A stretch of 64,000 nucleotides of DNA from Candidatus Sungiibacteriota bacterium (GTDB lineage: Bacteria > Patescibacteriota > Minisyncoccia > Sungbacterales > HO2-52-23), in assembly GCA_016432465.1 (NCBI GenBank), contig CP066690.1:462823-526822 (forward strand), read 5' to 3'. The translations under genes were made by a program, and so were the position numbers. The first letter of the stretch is position 1; each line of letters begins with the position of its first letter. The notes under the pieces are model-generated. The model had not been told where the DNA came from. It worked only from the letters and a program-made list of their open reading frames with translations, and did no database searches. Of the stretch, positions 48,560-57,507 are shown piece by piece.

Positions 48560-50791
48560 CTAGAACAAGTTTCGACTACCGGCTGTGGGTGTCAGCCAAG
48601 GAGTATTTACTGATTTTCTAATTGCAGTGATTATTGCGTCTTTTTGTGGTGTATAATATTTCCAGAATGCCCCGGGCGGATGCGGACCGAAAGGTGCGGC
48701 TACTCTAGTTGGTTGGGATTTTGGCCGATATGTATATTCTGATTCCGATACGGCCGCAACTATTTCTGCGCCAATGCCGCCCTGACGCGGACATTCCTCC
48801 GCAGTAATTAGCCGCCCGGTTTTATTTACCGACTCTATGAGCATATCGGGATTGAACGGCGAGAGTACCCGTAGGTCAATAACCTCAACCGAAATACCGT
48901 CTGCCTTAACAGCTTCTGCGGCCTCAATCGCGGTATGCACCATTGCTCCGAAAGTTGCGATAGTTACGTTTTTACCTTTATGTGCAATGCGGTGTCCGAA
49001 TTCCTTTACTGATTTTTCCGGCGGCCTACGGACGAGTCTTCCCCTGATATTGTTGTACAGCTCTTTATGTTCAAAGAAAAGCACCGGCTCTCCCGTTGTT
49101 AAAACTGCGGCAGAAAGCATGTCGTACAAATCCTGAACCGTAGAGGGATATACCATATTAAGTCCCGGAGTATTTAGAAAGTGCGGTACAAGGCATTCGC
49201 GGTGTTTGGCCATATAATTTCCCCCTCCGTCGGGGAGACGAACAACTAAATGTAATTCTTCTCCATGCAGCAGGTAAATGTCTGCCGCCTCAATAATTTT
49301 CTCGCAGGCAATAGTTGCAAAACCAGAAAACTGAATTTCTATCACTGGCTTGAGACCGTACATAGCAGCGCCGGTGGCTACGGCCACAATACCGCGTTCA
49401 TCAAGCGGGGCGTCAATGCAGCGTTTGTCTCCGGCAATTTTCTGAAGAGGAAAAAATTTGTGTCCGGCCATTGAGGCATAATCAGGAAGGTGTTTTTTGA
49501 TATAGTCAGTGGGCAGAGCAGTAATCAGGTGCACGCCCCCAAGTGCTCCACCATCTTGTGCCAGCATGAAGACGCGTCTATCCCGCATCGTAGAATCATA
49601 GAGCGCAAAACGTAGGGCGTCGCCGCCAGTGGCGTTTTCAATGACTTCTGGCTCAACGCGCATCTTGGAAATAGCGTCAGCATCGCTCACTTTTCTGGCA
49701 GAACGGACCAACGAAGCGCCTCTATCAACGATTGCCTTACCTTTTCCATTTTTCAGCGCCTCTGCGAGTCTCTTATAAGAGTTCTCTGCTTCTTCTCTGA
49801 CGTAGGCAGTTGTCATACGACGCAGCTCTACATCTTCGGATTCTGTCCAATGAATTCCTAGAAGTTCTTCTGCTGATGGCGAGAGCAAAAAAGTAGAAGT
49901 CCTTCTAATGGCGTCGCGTTCGTCAAGTTGTTTCTTGAGCGCCGCCTCCTCTTCCTTGGTCAGTTGTAGGCCCGGGGCTCTATTGGTATGTTTTGCGCGC
50001 CTGTCCACCATAAGTTCAATCAGGGCCGGCCTTTTATTTTCTTCAATCCAAGCACGCATTTTTTTAGTGATGGCATACACTGCTATGGGGTCTCTTCCGT
50101 CAACGCGTATTGCGTTAAGGCCGAAGCCTCGGGCTTTTTGCAGGATAGGAACCGCGCCCTGCAGTTCAGTTGGAGTGGCGATGGCAATGCCGTTATTCAG
50201 GCATAAGAACAAAACCTGCGTCCTAAACCTTGCGGCCCAATTAAGGGCGGTTGCAAAATCAGCAGTTGCGGTTGCGCCGTCGCCAAAGTAAGTAGCGACT
50301 ACCGGTTCTTTTTCTCCAATAATCTTTGGTGCCAAAGCAATTCCCACCGCCAGCGGCATATTTGTACCCACAACCCCATAGGGCGGGTCAACTTTCTTTT
50401 CAAGCGATATTTTTATAATTTCTGGATTCGGAACGCCGAAAAATAGATCAAAAATAATCGGGATACTGATTCGCCGGGCGTAAGCAACTTCGTGAGAGCG
50501 CGCATAGTAGAGAATTCTGTCACCTCTTTTTAACGCATATACGCTGGCCAGGGCCGCTTCTTCTCCTTCCGGAGAAATGTAAATAGTCATCAGTGGTTCC
50601 CGGTCGTTGGGTGGTCGCGTTCCTTCCTCCATTCCGCATATCCCGAGTTGGCGCATATTCAGCATATCTCTGTAGATTTTGTGCAGCGTCTCCCCATCCG
50701 GCCAAAACTTTCGTAAAAGGTCGCGATCAGTCACGGAGCCATCAGGTGCGAGAATCTGCACCATCGGTAGCTCTTCGTGCGGGTTTCCCAT
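48560..50791 (-). CDS. Fused 2-oxoacid dehydrogenase E1 alpha/beta (ThDP enzyme), divergent
   Basis: GDG-x-NN ThDP motif, VDGRD, DAPLDE, EIQF, PVLFFEHK, EVIDLR; own promoter TTGACC-N17-TACGAT and terminator. Confidence 0.85.
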   Translation of the reverse strand: MGNPHEELPMVQILAPDGSVTDRDLLRKFWPDGETLHKIYRDMLNMRQLGICGMEEGTRPPNDREPLMTIYISPEGEEAALASVYALKRGDRILYYARSHEVAYARRISIPIIFDLFFGVPNPEIIKISLEKKVDPPYGVVGTNMPLAVGIALAPKIIGEKEPVVATYFGDGATATADFATALNWAARFRTQVLFLCLNNGIAIATPTELQGAVPILQKARGFGLNAIRVDGRDPIAVYAITKKMRAWIEENKRPALIELMVDRRAKHTNRAPGLQLTKEEEAALKKQLDERDAIRRTSTFLLSPSAEELLGIHWTESEDVELRRMTTAYVREEAENSYKRLAEALKNGKGKAIVDRGASLVRSARKVSDADAISKMRVEPEVIENATGGDALRFALYDSTMRDRRVFMLAQDGGALGGVHLITALPTDYIKKHLPDYASMAGHKFFPLQKIAGDKRCIDAPLDERGIVAVATGAAMYGLKPVIEIQFSGFATIACEKIIEAADIYLLHGEELHLVVRLPDGGGNYMAKHRECLVPHFLNTPGLNMVYPSTVQDLYDMLSAAVLTTGEPVLFFEHKELYNNIRGRLVRRPPEKSVKEFGHRIAHKGKNVTIATFGAMVHTAIEAAEAVKADGISVEVIDLRVLSPFNPDMLIESVNKTGRLITAEECPRQGGIGAEIVAAVSESEYTYRPKSQPTRVAAPFGPHPPGAFWKYYTPQKDAIITAIRKSVNTPWLTPTAGSRNLF

Positions 50792-50903
50792 TTTTCACCT
50801 TGTCAGAGAGCGAATTTCGTGGTAATCGTATCACGATTAGACCCTGCGGTCAAGGAAATACCCGCAAGTTGCAACGTTGTGTTTATTCGTTATACTAAAA
50901 CTC

Positions 50904-51077
50904 ATGTCCAGAACGGAACTGCCGAATTCAATTCGCAAATTTTTGCGCCGCGAAAAAGCCCGGATACGCCGGGGGGTTTTTGATTCCGAAGAAGCAGAGA
51001 AGAGAATAAGTGAACTTGTCGCTAAAACCTTTATGGTGTACTCTAAAAAAAGATTAAAGAATAAACCATCAAAATGA
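50904..51077 (+). CDS. Small basic hypothetical protein
   Basis: LPNSIRKFLRREKARIRR; TTGCAA-N16-TATACT ends 7 nt before the ATG. Confidence 0.65.
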   Translation: MSRTELPNSIRKFLRREKARIRRGVFDSEEAEKRISELVAKTFMVYSKKRLKNKPSK

Positions 51078-51277
51078 AAAATCACAACCACGATCTTATT
51101 CACCAGCTCTCTGAAGACCTTGATTCGCTCTGGAGGTATAAAGAATATATAAAAAATGCCAAGGGCTGTAGGCACTGCATCTCTATGTGGCGGCGGCTGG
51201 AAGAGCTGGATCAGACCAAAGTAACGCTTCTGCGTGAGGAGATTGAACGGCACATCAAAGAAAAGAGGTTTGATTAG
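51074..51277 (+). CDS. Small helical protein with CxxC (half ferritin-like fold suspected)
   Basis: DLIHQLSEDLDSLWRY...GCRHC..W; coupled to the previous ORF. Confidence 0.65.
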   Translation: MKNHNHDLIHQLSEDLDSLWRYKEYIKNAKGCRHCISMWRRLEELDQTKVTLLREEIERHIKEKRFD

Positions 51278-51340
51278 TTGTTTTGATTTTTTCACCAAAC
51301 AGCGTAACATAATAGATAGATCCAATAGCATTGGGTTGGC

Positions 51341-51820
51341 GTGGAACACGAGGCGGCAGATCCCACAACAATTGTTGTTTATTACGACTGTTGCGTCCCA
51401 TGGAATGCGGTTACCAATCTTCTTGAGCCGGCCCTTGGTTTTGCACACCACCTTTCCTGCCGTAAACTTTTCCCCGAACAGATTTACCGAAACGACCCGC
51501 TGCTTTTTGGCGCCGTTGACGAATATCATAAAATAAATTTTCCTCGGCAGCTTTGTGTCTTTGTTACTACCGACGAAGGTTTTAAAACGCAAGTAGTACG
51601 GCATCCGGCTTTCGGAAGTTCTGTTATTTTTATCTATTGGGAGGCCGTGGGCACTTCGTACGAAACCAATTGGTTGTGGGCCAAAGATGTGGCGCGAAGA
51701 CTGCTGGAGGCTTTTATGGAGATGCGCTATATAAAATCTCGACGTCTTGTTTCCCGGGAGGACTTTTGCAGAGAAGCAGGATTAGTTTTGAAGAAAAGTT
51801 TTCTTCTCCCCGCCGCTTAA
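51341..51820 (+). CDS. Putative PIN-like (DUF5615-type) protein
   Basis: IVVYYD, NDPLLF and VFVTTDEGF match the PIN acidic-residue spacing; terminator follows. Confidence 0.5.
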   Translation: MEHEAADPTTIVVYYDCCVPWNAVTNLLEPALGFAHHLSCRKLFPEQIYRNDPLLFGAVDEYHKINFPRQLCVFVTTDEGFKTQVVRHPAFGSSVIFIYWEAVGTSYETNWLWAKDVARRLLEAFMEMRYIKSRRLVSREDFCREAGLVLKKSFLLPAA

Positions 51821-51863
51821 GGCGGCCTTTTTTAACTAAGGATATTGTAGTACTATACTTCAT

Positions 51864-52616
51864 ATGCGGCCGCTCTGGGTTATTTTACTTTTGGTATTCT
51901 TGGGTGGGGCGGGTTATCTTGCCTTTTTCCGAGAAACAGTGCAGCGGGGCGCGATAAAAGGCGCAACGTTTATGAGCGAACCCATAGTCGTAAAAACAAG
52001 GGATGGGGTCACAATTGCTGGGGATTTTTACTCCGGTGGAAGCAGAGGCGTTTTATTCCTTCATATGATGCCTGCGAATAGAAAAAGTTGGACTGCTTTT
52101 GCGGAAAAATTGCAAAGCGCCGGATTTTCGGCGCTTGCCATTGATCTTCGTGGGCACGGCGAATCGCAAGGAGGACCGGAGGGGTATAAAAAATTTTCCG
52201 ACGAGGAACACCAAGCGTCACGTTTGGACGTTGAGGCGGCCGCCGAGTTTTTGAAAGAAAAAGGGGTCGTCGAACTTTCTCTTGCCGGCGCGTCCATTGG
52301 AGCAAATCTCGCGCTGCAGTATCTTGTGGATAAGGCGGAGGCGCATTCTGCGATTTTACTTTCCCCGGGGCTTGATTATCGCGGAGTCAAAATAGACTCC
52401 GCCCTGCAGCGGTTGCAGACAAATCAGGGAGTATACTTAGTTGCGAGCGAAGAAGATTCTTATTCGTTTGAGTCCGTGCAGATGCTTGCCACCCAGACCC
52501 CTCTTAGCGATAAGCGTGTATTGAAAATTTTCCAGAACTCGGGACACGGCACCGTCATGCTTGAGCAAAACGCGGAGTTTATGGATGAGCTGATAGGCTG
52601 GCTTAAAAAATTTTAA
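51864..52616 (+). CDS. Alpha/beta hydrolase, membrane-anchored
   Basis: DLRGHGES, GASIG, C-terminal GHG. Confidence 0.9.
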   Translation: MRPLWVILLLVFLGGAGYLAFFRETVQRGAIKGATFMSEPIVVKTRDGVTIAGDFYSGGSRGVLFLHMMPANRKSWTAFAEKLQSAGFSALAIDLRGHGESQGGPEGYKKFSDEEHQASRLDVEAAAEFLKEKGVVELSLAGASIGANLALQYLVDKAEAHSAILLSPGLDYRGVKIDSALQRLQTNQGVYLVASEEDSYSFESVQMLATQTPLSDKRVLKIFQNSGHGTVMLEQNAEFMDELIGWLKKF

Positions 52617-52654
52617 AGGTCGCGTTTCGTTTATTAGTTTTAGTTCAAATTTTT

Positions 52655-53044
52655 ATGATTGAATCACTGCTAAATCCTCCCTTGGCGCATTTCATTCTCC
52701 GTGTTGTCTTGGGGGTTTTAATAGTAGCTCACGGCTACCCTAAATTATTTAAAGGTTTTTCTGGATTTGCCGGCTGGCTTGACTCTATTGGGCTAAGGCC
52801 CGGCAAATTCTGGGCACTGGTTGCGGGGGCGGTAGAGTTTCTTGGAGGCATATTTTTGATTCTTGGTTTGTGGGTGCAGGTTGTGGCCATACTTTTTGCC
52901 ATCCAGATGCTGGTGGCTATGTGGAAAGTAAAATGGGGCAAGGTTGGCCTTACGGCACAGGGCGGCTGGGAACTTGACTTGATTTACCTTGCGGTAGCGA
53001 TCGCGCTGGCCCTCATGGGCCCGGGTTATTACGTAATTTTTTAA
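52655..53044 (+). CDS. DoxX family membrane protein
   Basis: LRVVLG...HGYPK, EFLGG, GGWE. Confidence 0.9.
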   Translation: MIESLLNPPLAHFILRVVLGVLIVAHGYPKLFKGFSGFAGWLDSIGLRPGKFWALVAGAVEFLGGIFLILGLWVQVVAILFAIQMLVAMWKVKWGKVGLTAQGGWELDLIYLAVAIALALMGPGYYVIF

Positions 53045-54462
53045 TGTCTTTTCGGGCTACGTTGGTTATTGTTGTCTCGGTTTTCGCGCTTTTACTTGGC
53101 GCGCTTTTTGCCCTGCCCGTTTATAAAAAAGAATACGCCAAAGTTGAAATTAAGGGCGTTTCTCTTTTGGTTGAGGTGGCGCGCGATTCTCAATCGCGCG
53201 CCCGAGGCCTTGCCGGCCGCGATAAGATTCCGGCGCAGGGCGGTATGCTTTTTGTTTTTGATCAACCAGCCGCCTACGGCATCTGGATGAAAGATATGAA
53301 AATTCCCATTGATATTTTCTGGATTAAAAACGGGGTAGTGGTTGATTTGGAGGAAAACGTGATCCCGTTCAAGAGCGGCTTGAGAGATACCTCCCCGCCG
53401 ATTTTTAGGCCAGACGTTACGGCGCTTTACGTTTTGGAAACTTCCGCCGGACTGGCCCAAAAACACGGTATAAAAATAGGAGATGAGATAAAAACATTTT
53501 TCAGAAACGAATTTGCCCAAATTGCTTCTCCGACCGCAGTCGCCGTGGAGGAGCCTCCGCCGGTTGGCGGCGAATATTTTATTGAGACCCTGCGTCTTGC
53601 TCCTGCCGAGGGAGGAGAGTTTAAAATAAAAAAACTTCTCACCAAAAATAAGTTCTACCGCAAATTTGCGATTAGCTACAAATCCGGCAAATTCGCCGTA
53701 AGCGGGGTTATGAACGTTCCTATGGGCGCTATACCACGGGGCGGATTCCCGGTGCTTATCTTAAACCACGGTCTGATCTCTCCCGAGATTTATTATACCG
53801 GCCGCGGTTCTCGTCGGGAGCAGGATTTTTTTGCGCGCCAGGGTTATATAACTATCCATCCCGATTATCGGGGCTTGGGCGAAACTGACCCTAAATTAGT
53901 TTGTCCCTCTACCCTAAGTTACACCAAGGACGGCTGCCACCATGATTTTTATGTTGGCTATACGGATGACCTCGTAAATCTGGTTGATGCCTTAAAAAAA
54001 TTAAATTCAAAATTAATTGATGTAAAACGTATGGGCATGTGGGGACATTCTATGGGCGGAGGTATGGCGGCGCGAGTTATGGTTTTGAATCCTGACATAC
54101 GAGCCTATGTTTTATTTGCTCCCATTAGCGCGGACGTGGAGGATAATTTTTATGAATTGAAATCAAAAGAAATAACGTGGCTGCGGGAGACTTACGGAAT
54201 GGGAAGCGAGGTTTATAAAAAAATGTCGCCGCTGACTTATTTTGCGGAAGTCCAAGCGCCGGTGCAGCTGCATCACGCGTCAACTGATAAAGACGTTCCG
54301 GTTGAATTTTCAGAGAAAATGTACGAGGCGCTAAAAAACTCCGGCAAAAAAGTGGAGTTTTATAAATATCCGGGCGAAGGACACGAATTTGGAGATGCCT
54401 GGTCTTTAGCCGCAGAGCGCGCCCTGCAGTTTTTTGATAAGTATGTGAAGGGGGCTCGGTGA
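53044..54462 (+). CDS. DUF192 domain fused to S9-like alpha/beta peptidase
   Basis: VEVARD..SRARGL..GMLFVF..IWMKDMKIPIDI..VLE, then HPDYRG, GHSMGG, EGHEF. Confidence 0.85.
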   Translation: MSFRATLVIVVSVFALLLGALFALPVYKKEYAKVEIKGVSLLVEVARDSQSRARGLAGRDKIPAQGGMLFVFDQPAAYGIWMKDMKIPIDIFWIKNGVVVDLEENVIPFKSGLRDTSPPIFRPDVTALYVLETSAGLAQKHGIKIGDEIKTFFRNEFAQIASPTAVAVEEPPPVGGEYFIETLRLAPAEGGEFKIKKLLTKNKFYRKFAISYKSGKFAVSGVMNVPMGAIPRGGFPVLILNHGLISPEIYYTGRGSRREQDFFARQGYITIHPDYRGLGETDPKLVCPSTLSYTKDGCHHDFYVGYTDDLVNLVDALKKLNSKLIDVKRMGMWGHSMGGGMAARVMVLNPDIRAYVLFAPISADVEDNFYELKSKEITWLRETYGMGSEVYKKMSPLTYFAEVQAPVQLHHASTDKDVPVEFSEKMYEALKNSGKKVEFYKYPGEGHEFGDAWSLAAERALQFFDKYVKGAR

Positions 54463-54714
54463 TCACGCGGTTCCCTCGGTATTTTGTTTTCGCGACACGA
54501 CTCGGCCGCTCCAGTGCCTAGGCCCTTCGGGCCGGCATCTCCCTAGGCATTTCAGGCCGGGATCCCGGTCCGCAGACCTAGGGACCGGCGGCTTCGCCGC
54601 CTAGGGACGGCGGCCTCGCTAAGAGTCGGCGTAGCTTTCCTCGCAACGCTCGGAACCAAGCAAGCCACGCCTCCTATTGTCGCGAGAAACAAAATACCTC
54701 GACCGCGCGATTAC
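54459..54714. mobile_element. MITE-like long inverted repeat carrying a nested TA-bulge element (54515-54607)
   Basis: GGTATTTTGTTTTCGCGACA pairs with TGTCGCGAGAAACAAAATACC; outer GTGATCACGCGGT pairs with ACCGCGCGATTAC. Confidence 0.65.
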
Positions 54715-54803
54715 GCTCGCTATAACGTATACTCCCCCCGAAAACATATCGACTCGACCGTTTTAATTTGATTTTTAAACGCGGTTCTGTTATACTTTTT
54801 CTC

Positions 54804-55625
54804 ATGCGTGATACTCTGGTCATAGATATTGAAACCAAAAAATCTTTTGCCGAGGTTGGCGGAGAAAAAAACATACGCGAACTTGGTATTTCGGTTGCGG
54901 GCGTCTATTCATATGCAAAGGACGCCTTTTTTGCGTTTGAGGAACAGGAACTGCCCAAGCTTGAAGACCTGCTTAGTGATACCGGCCACATCATTGGGTT
55001 TAATATAAACCATTTTGATATTCCGGTAATGGAGCCGTATTTGGACGGTGTTTCTTTTGCAAAGTTTGCCGTAACCGATATGTTTGAAGACGCGGTCAAT
55101 TTTTTGGGACACCGCGTGGGGTTGGACGGATTGGCCAAGGCAACGCTGGGTAGCGGAAAAACAGGCCACGGTCTTGAGGCCTTGGAGTGGTTTAAGCAGG
55201 GAAGAATTGAGGAGGTAAAAAAGTACTGTTTAGACGATGTTCGCCTGACACGCGATCTTTATGAATACGGCAAAAAGCACGACCACCTGCTTTTTGAGTC
55301 CTTTATAGACGGGAAAATTCACTCTATTCCAGTTTCTTGGGGCAAAGAAATAAAAAAGCCAATTTTGCAAATTCTGGAGGAGGCATTTGATAGTCGCCAA
55401 CGACTCTCCATAGAGTATGTTTCTTCCGAAGATAGCGACGGCCTCGGGTTTAAAAAAGCGCGGCTGATTGATGTTTATAAAATAAAACCCAACGGGGAGA
55501 TTGAAGCGTATTGCCACCTGCGTCAGGGATTGAGAAATTTTAGAATAAATCGTATATTGAAGGCAGAGCCAACGAGTGATTCTTACTCGGTTCCTCAAGA
55601 TTTTCAACACACACTTTTTACTTAA
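54804..55625 (+). CDS. DEDD/RNase H-like (YprB-type) exonuclease fused to a WYL domain
   Basis: VIDIETK, GFNINHFDIP, YCLDDVRLT; C-terminal IEY...R.ID.Y...EAYCHLRQGLRNFRINRI. Confidence 0.8.
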   Translation: MRDTLVIDIETKKSFAEVGGEKNIRELGISVAGVYSYAKDAFFAFEEQELPKLEDLLSDTGHIIGFNINHFDIPVMEPYLDGVSFAKFAVTDMFEDAVNFLGHRVGLDGLAKATLGSGKTGHGLEALEWFKQGRIEEVKKYCLDDVRLTRDLYEYGKKHDHLLFESFIDGKIHSIPVSWGKEIKKPILQILEEAFDSRQRLSIEYVSSEDSDGLGFKKARLIDVYKIKPNGEIEAYCHLRQGLRNFRINRILKAEPTSDSYSVPQDFQHTLFT

Positions 55626-55627
55626 CA

Positions 55628-56119
55628 ATGTTCAATCAGGAGATAACATTTTATAGCCAAACTCTGGGGAGGTTAAACTTTGAGGACATGATCCGCGAGG
55701 TCGTTAAATTTGTAAAAAGCCAGCCGCAGAGATTTTATAAAATCATTATCGGTACTGACTCCGAAGCGTCCAGTCCGGTTTCTCTGGTAACCGCAGTAAC
55801 TATCTGGAGGGTGGGCAACGGCGCCATACATTTTTGGACAAAATCGGAGGAAAGGAAATTCGTCACCCTGCGCGATCGCATCTGGCAGGAAGCCATAAGT
55901 TCCATTACTATGGCGCAGGAAGTACGCGGACGCCTCAAAGAAGTTTTGGGGGATGAATTTTTCTGGGACGGCAACGAAGTTCACGTTGACATCGGCGAGA
56001 ACGGGCCGACCAAGGAACTTATTGATTCTGTGGTGGGGATGATAAAAGGATATAATTTTGAACCGGTCATAAAACCGTACGCCTTTGGCGCATCTACCGT
56101 CGCCGACAAGCACACCTAG
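55628..56119 (+). CDS. RNase H-like YkuK/DUF458 family protein
   Basis: IIIGTDS, RIWQE, EVHVDIGENGPT, IKPYAFGASTVAD. Confidence 0.85.
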   Translation: MFNQEITFYSQTLGRLNFEDMIREVVKFVKSQPQRFYKIIIGTDSEASSPVSLVTAVTIWRVGNGAIHFWTKSEERKFVTLRDRIWQEAISSITMAQEVRGRLKEVLGDEFFWDGNEVHVDIGENGPTKELIDSVVGMIKGYNFEPVIKPYAFGASTVADKHT

Positions 56120-56156
56120 CTTCCGAGGAAGTTAAATTAATAATACGACAGCATAA

Positions 56157-56206
56157 CAATAGCCCCTTTTGGGGCTATTGACTTTTAAGTATTTTTGAAG
56201 TATAAT
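56157..56206 (+). promoter_or_regulatory. Terminator overlapping the consensus promoter of the tRNA operon
   Basis: CAATAGCCCC-TTTT-GGGGCTATTG, then TTGACT-N17-TATAAT (56178-56206). Confidence 0.8.
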
Positions 56207-56468
56207 TAAAGTATACAGATACTGTGGGGAGGGGTCTAGGGGAATACGTGTAATTTAATTCGGGGCTCTCCGCTCCCGTCCCTCCTCGGCGAGCTCGCCC
56301 TTCGGGCGAAGGGGCCCCGAATTAAATTACAGGGATCTTTGAATTTAAGAGGGGACTATTGTGACCGTCCAAACAGGGGGGCAAGTGGGACACTCACTAA
56401 ATCACAAATTGGGGTGTTTTCTCACCGTGTCCTCCGATTTGGGCGGTCAAAAGGCCGCAGAAACGGTT

Positions 56469-56544
56469 GGGCCCGTAGCTCAACTGGCAGAGCCTCCGGC
56501 TCATAACCGGCAGGTTCCTGGTTCGAGTCCAGGCGGGCCCACCA
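56469..56544 (+). tRNA. tRNA with CAT anticodon, most likely Ile2
   Basis: Cloverleaf, GGGCCCG acceptor, CCGGCTCATAACCGG anticodon arm typical of Ile2; CCA encoded. Confidence 0.9.
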
Positions 56545-56580
56545 AATAGTTTCTAAACAGGACAGAAAGGAGGATGTCAC

Positions 56581-56976
56581 ATGTGGGTTGATGGTAACGG
56601 CAGGCGGCGTTCCGCCTGCAAAAAGACAGTTCGTGGGGCGGCCCTTTTCTCGCACGCGGCGAGACGGGACCGAAACCTTCACGGTCTTGAGGTTCCCGAA
56701 CCGCTACAGCGGTTTGGTGAGCGGACGAGCGAGGAGCCTCGGCGTGAGCCTCGGCAGCGCAGTGGACCGACGACCCGTGCCGAACAGCACGTGGAACAGT
56801 GCGAGCGGGTCGAGGTGATTCCCGCAATGCCATCACATAAGGATCTCGGGATGATGGGAGCTTTGGCGAGCCTTATGGCCCTAGGCGAATCGCACACGTC
56901 CAGTCTTGCCCGGACATGGCGCTCCCTCAAGGAGGTCCCCCGCCGGATTTTCCCGCGCAGGAGGGGCGACAGGTAA
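56581..56976 (+). CDS. Arg-rich orphan ORF inside the tRNA operon (may instead or also be structured RNA)
   Basis: AAAGGAGG SD 7 nt before the ATG; the ORF fills the inter-tRNA spacer; GC-rich with many hairpins. Confidence 0.45.
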   Translation: MWVDGNGRRRSACKKTVRGAALFSHAARRDRNLHGLEVPEPLQRFGERTSEEPRREPRQRSGPTTRAEQHVEQCERVEVIPAMPSHKDLGMMGALASLMALGESHTSSLARTWRSLKEVPRRIFPRRRGDR

Positions 56977-56987
56977 CAGGGTTCAGT

Positions 56988-57062
56988 GACGCCGTCGTCT
57001 AGTGGTCAAGATCTGGGCCCTTCAAGCCCGGGACAAGGGTTCAAATCCCTTCGGCGTCACCA
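56988..57062 (+). tRNA. tRNA-Glu(TTC)
   Basis: Cloverleaf GACGCCG/CGGCGTC, anticodon loop CCTTCAA; CCA encoded. Confidence 0.88.
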
Positions 57063-57088
57063 TCCCATACGGTTTTTACGTAGTCGGT

Positions 57089-57165
57089 GGGCTCGTAGCT
57101 CAACTTGGTAGAGCAGCGGGCTTTTAACCCGAGGGTTGCAGGTTCAACTCCTGCCGGGCCCACCA
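57089..57165 (+). tRNA. tRNA-Lys(TTT)
   Basis: Cloverleaf, loop CTTTTAA; CCA encoded. Confidence 0.92.
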
Positions 57166-57207
57166 AATTAAGTCTGGCCATCAGCACATAAAGGAGGTGA
57201 GGCTTAG

Positions 57208-57300
57208 GTGTATCGTTTCCAGATCACAGGCGGCGGCATCATCATCGTGGGCAATGAGGTCCGCGATTGGGTGAGCCGTAGCTGGTCCGAGGTGAAGTGA
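57208..57300 (+). CDS. 30-aa small ORF after tRNA-Lys (absent from ORF track)
   Basis: AAGGAGGTGA SD 7 nt before GTG; MYRFQITGGGIIIVGNEVRDWVSRSWSEVK*; followed by a GGGGAACACC/GGTGTTCCCC hairpin. Confidence 0.55.
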   Translation: MYRFQITGGGIIIVGNEVRDWVSRSWSEVK

Positions 57301-57507
57301 CCCGCCTCTTATAACGGGGAACACCAAAATACCGGTGTTCCCCCTCGAGCCGGTCCCATAAGGTTTCGACGAATAGGTTTCTCCCCAAAGTAATTTTGTA
57401 CCTTTTACAATTAACTTAGGAGGAACCTACGATCTTTATGGGATCAGCTCGGGTATTTATTATTACAGCTCTTAAAGAGACCACGTAAGAGATATTTTTC
57501 ATCTTCG

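Noticed and set aside
50837-51604. 255-aa minus-strand ORF
   Set aside because: Antisense to three + strand ORFs that have credible expression signals and motifs.
56469-57165. Intron-containing or split tRNAs
   Set aside because: All three tRNAs are complete contiguous cloverleaves with CCA.
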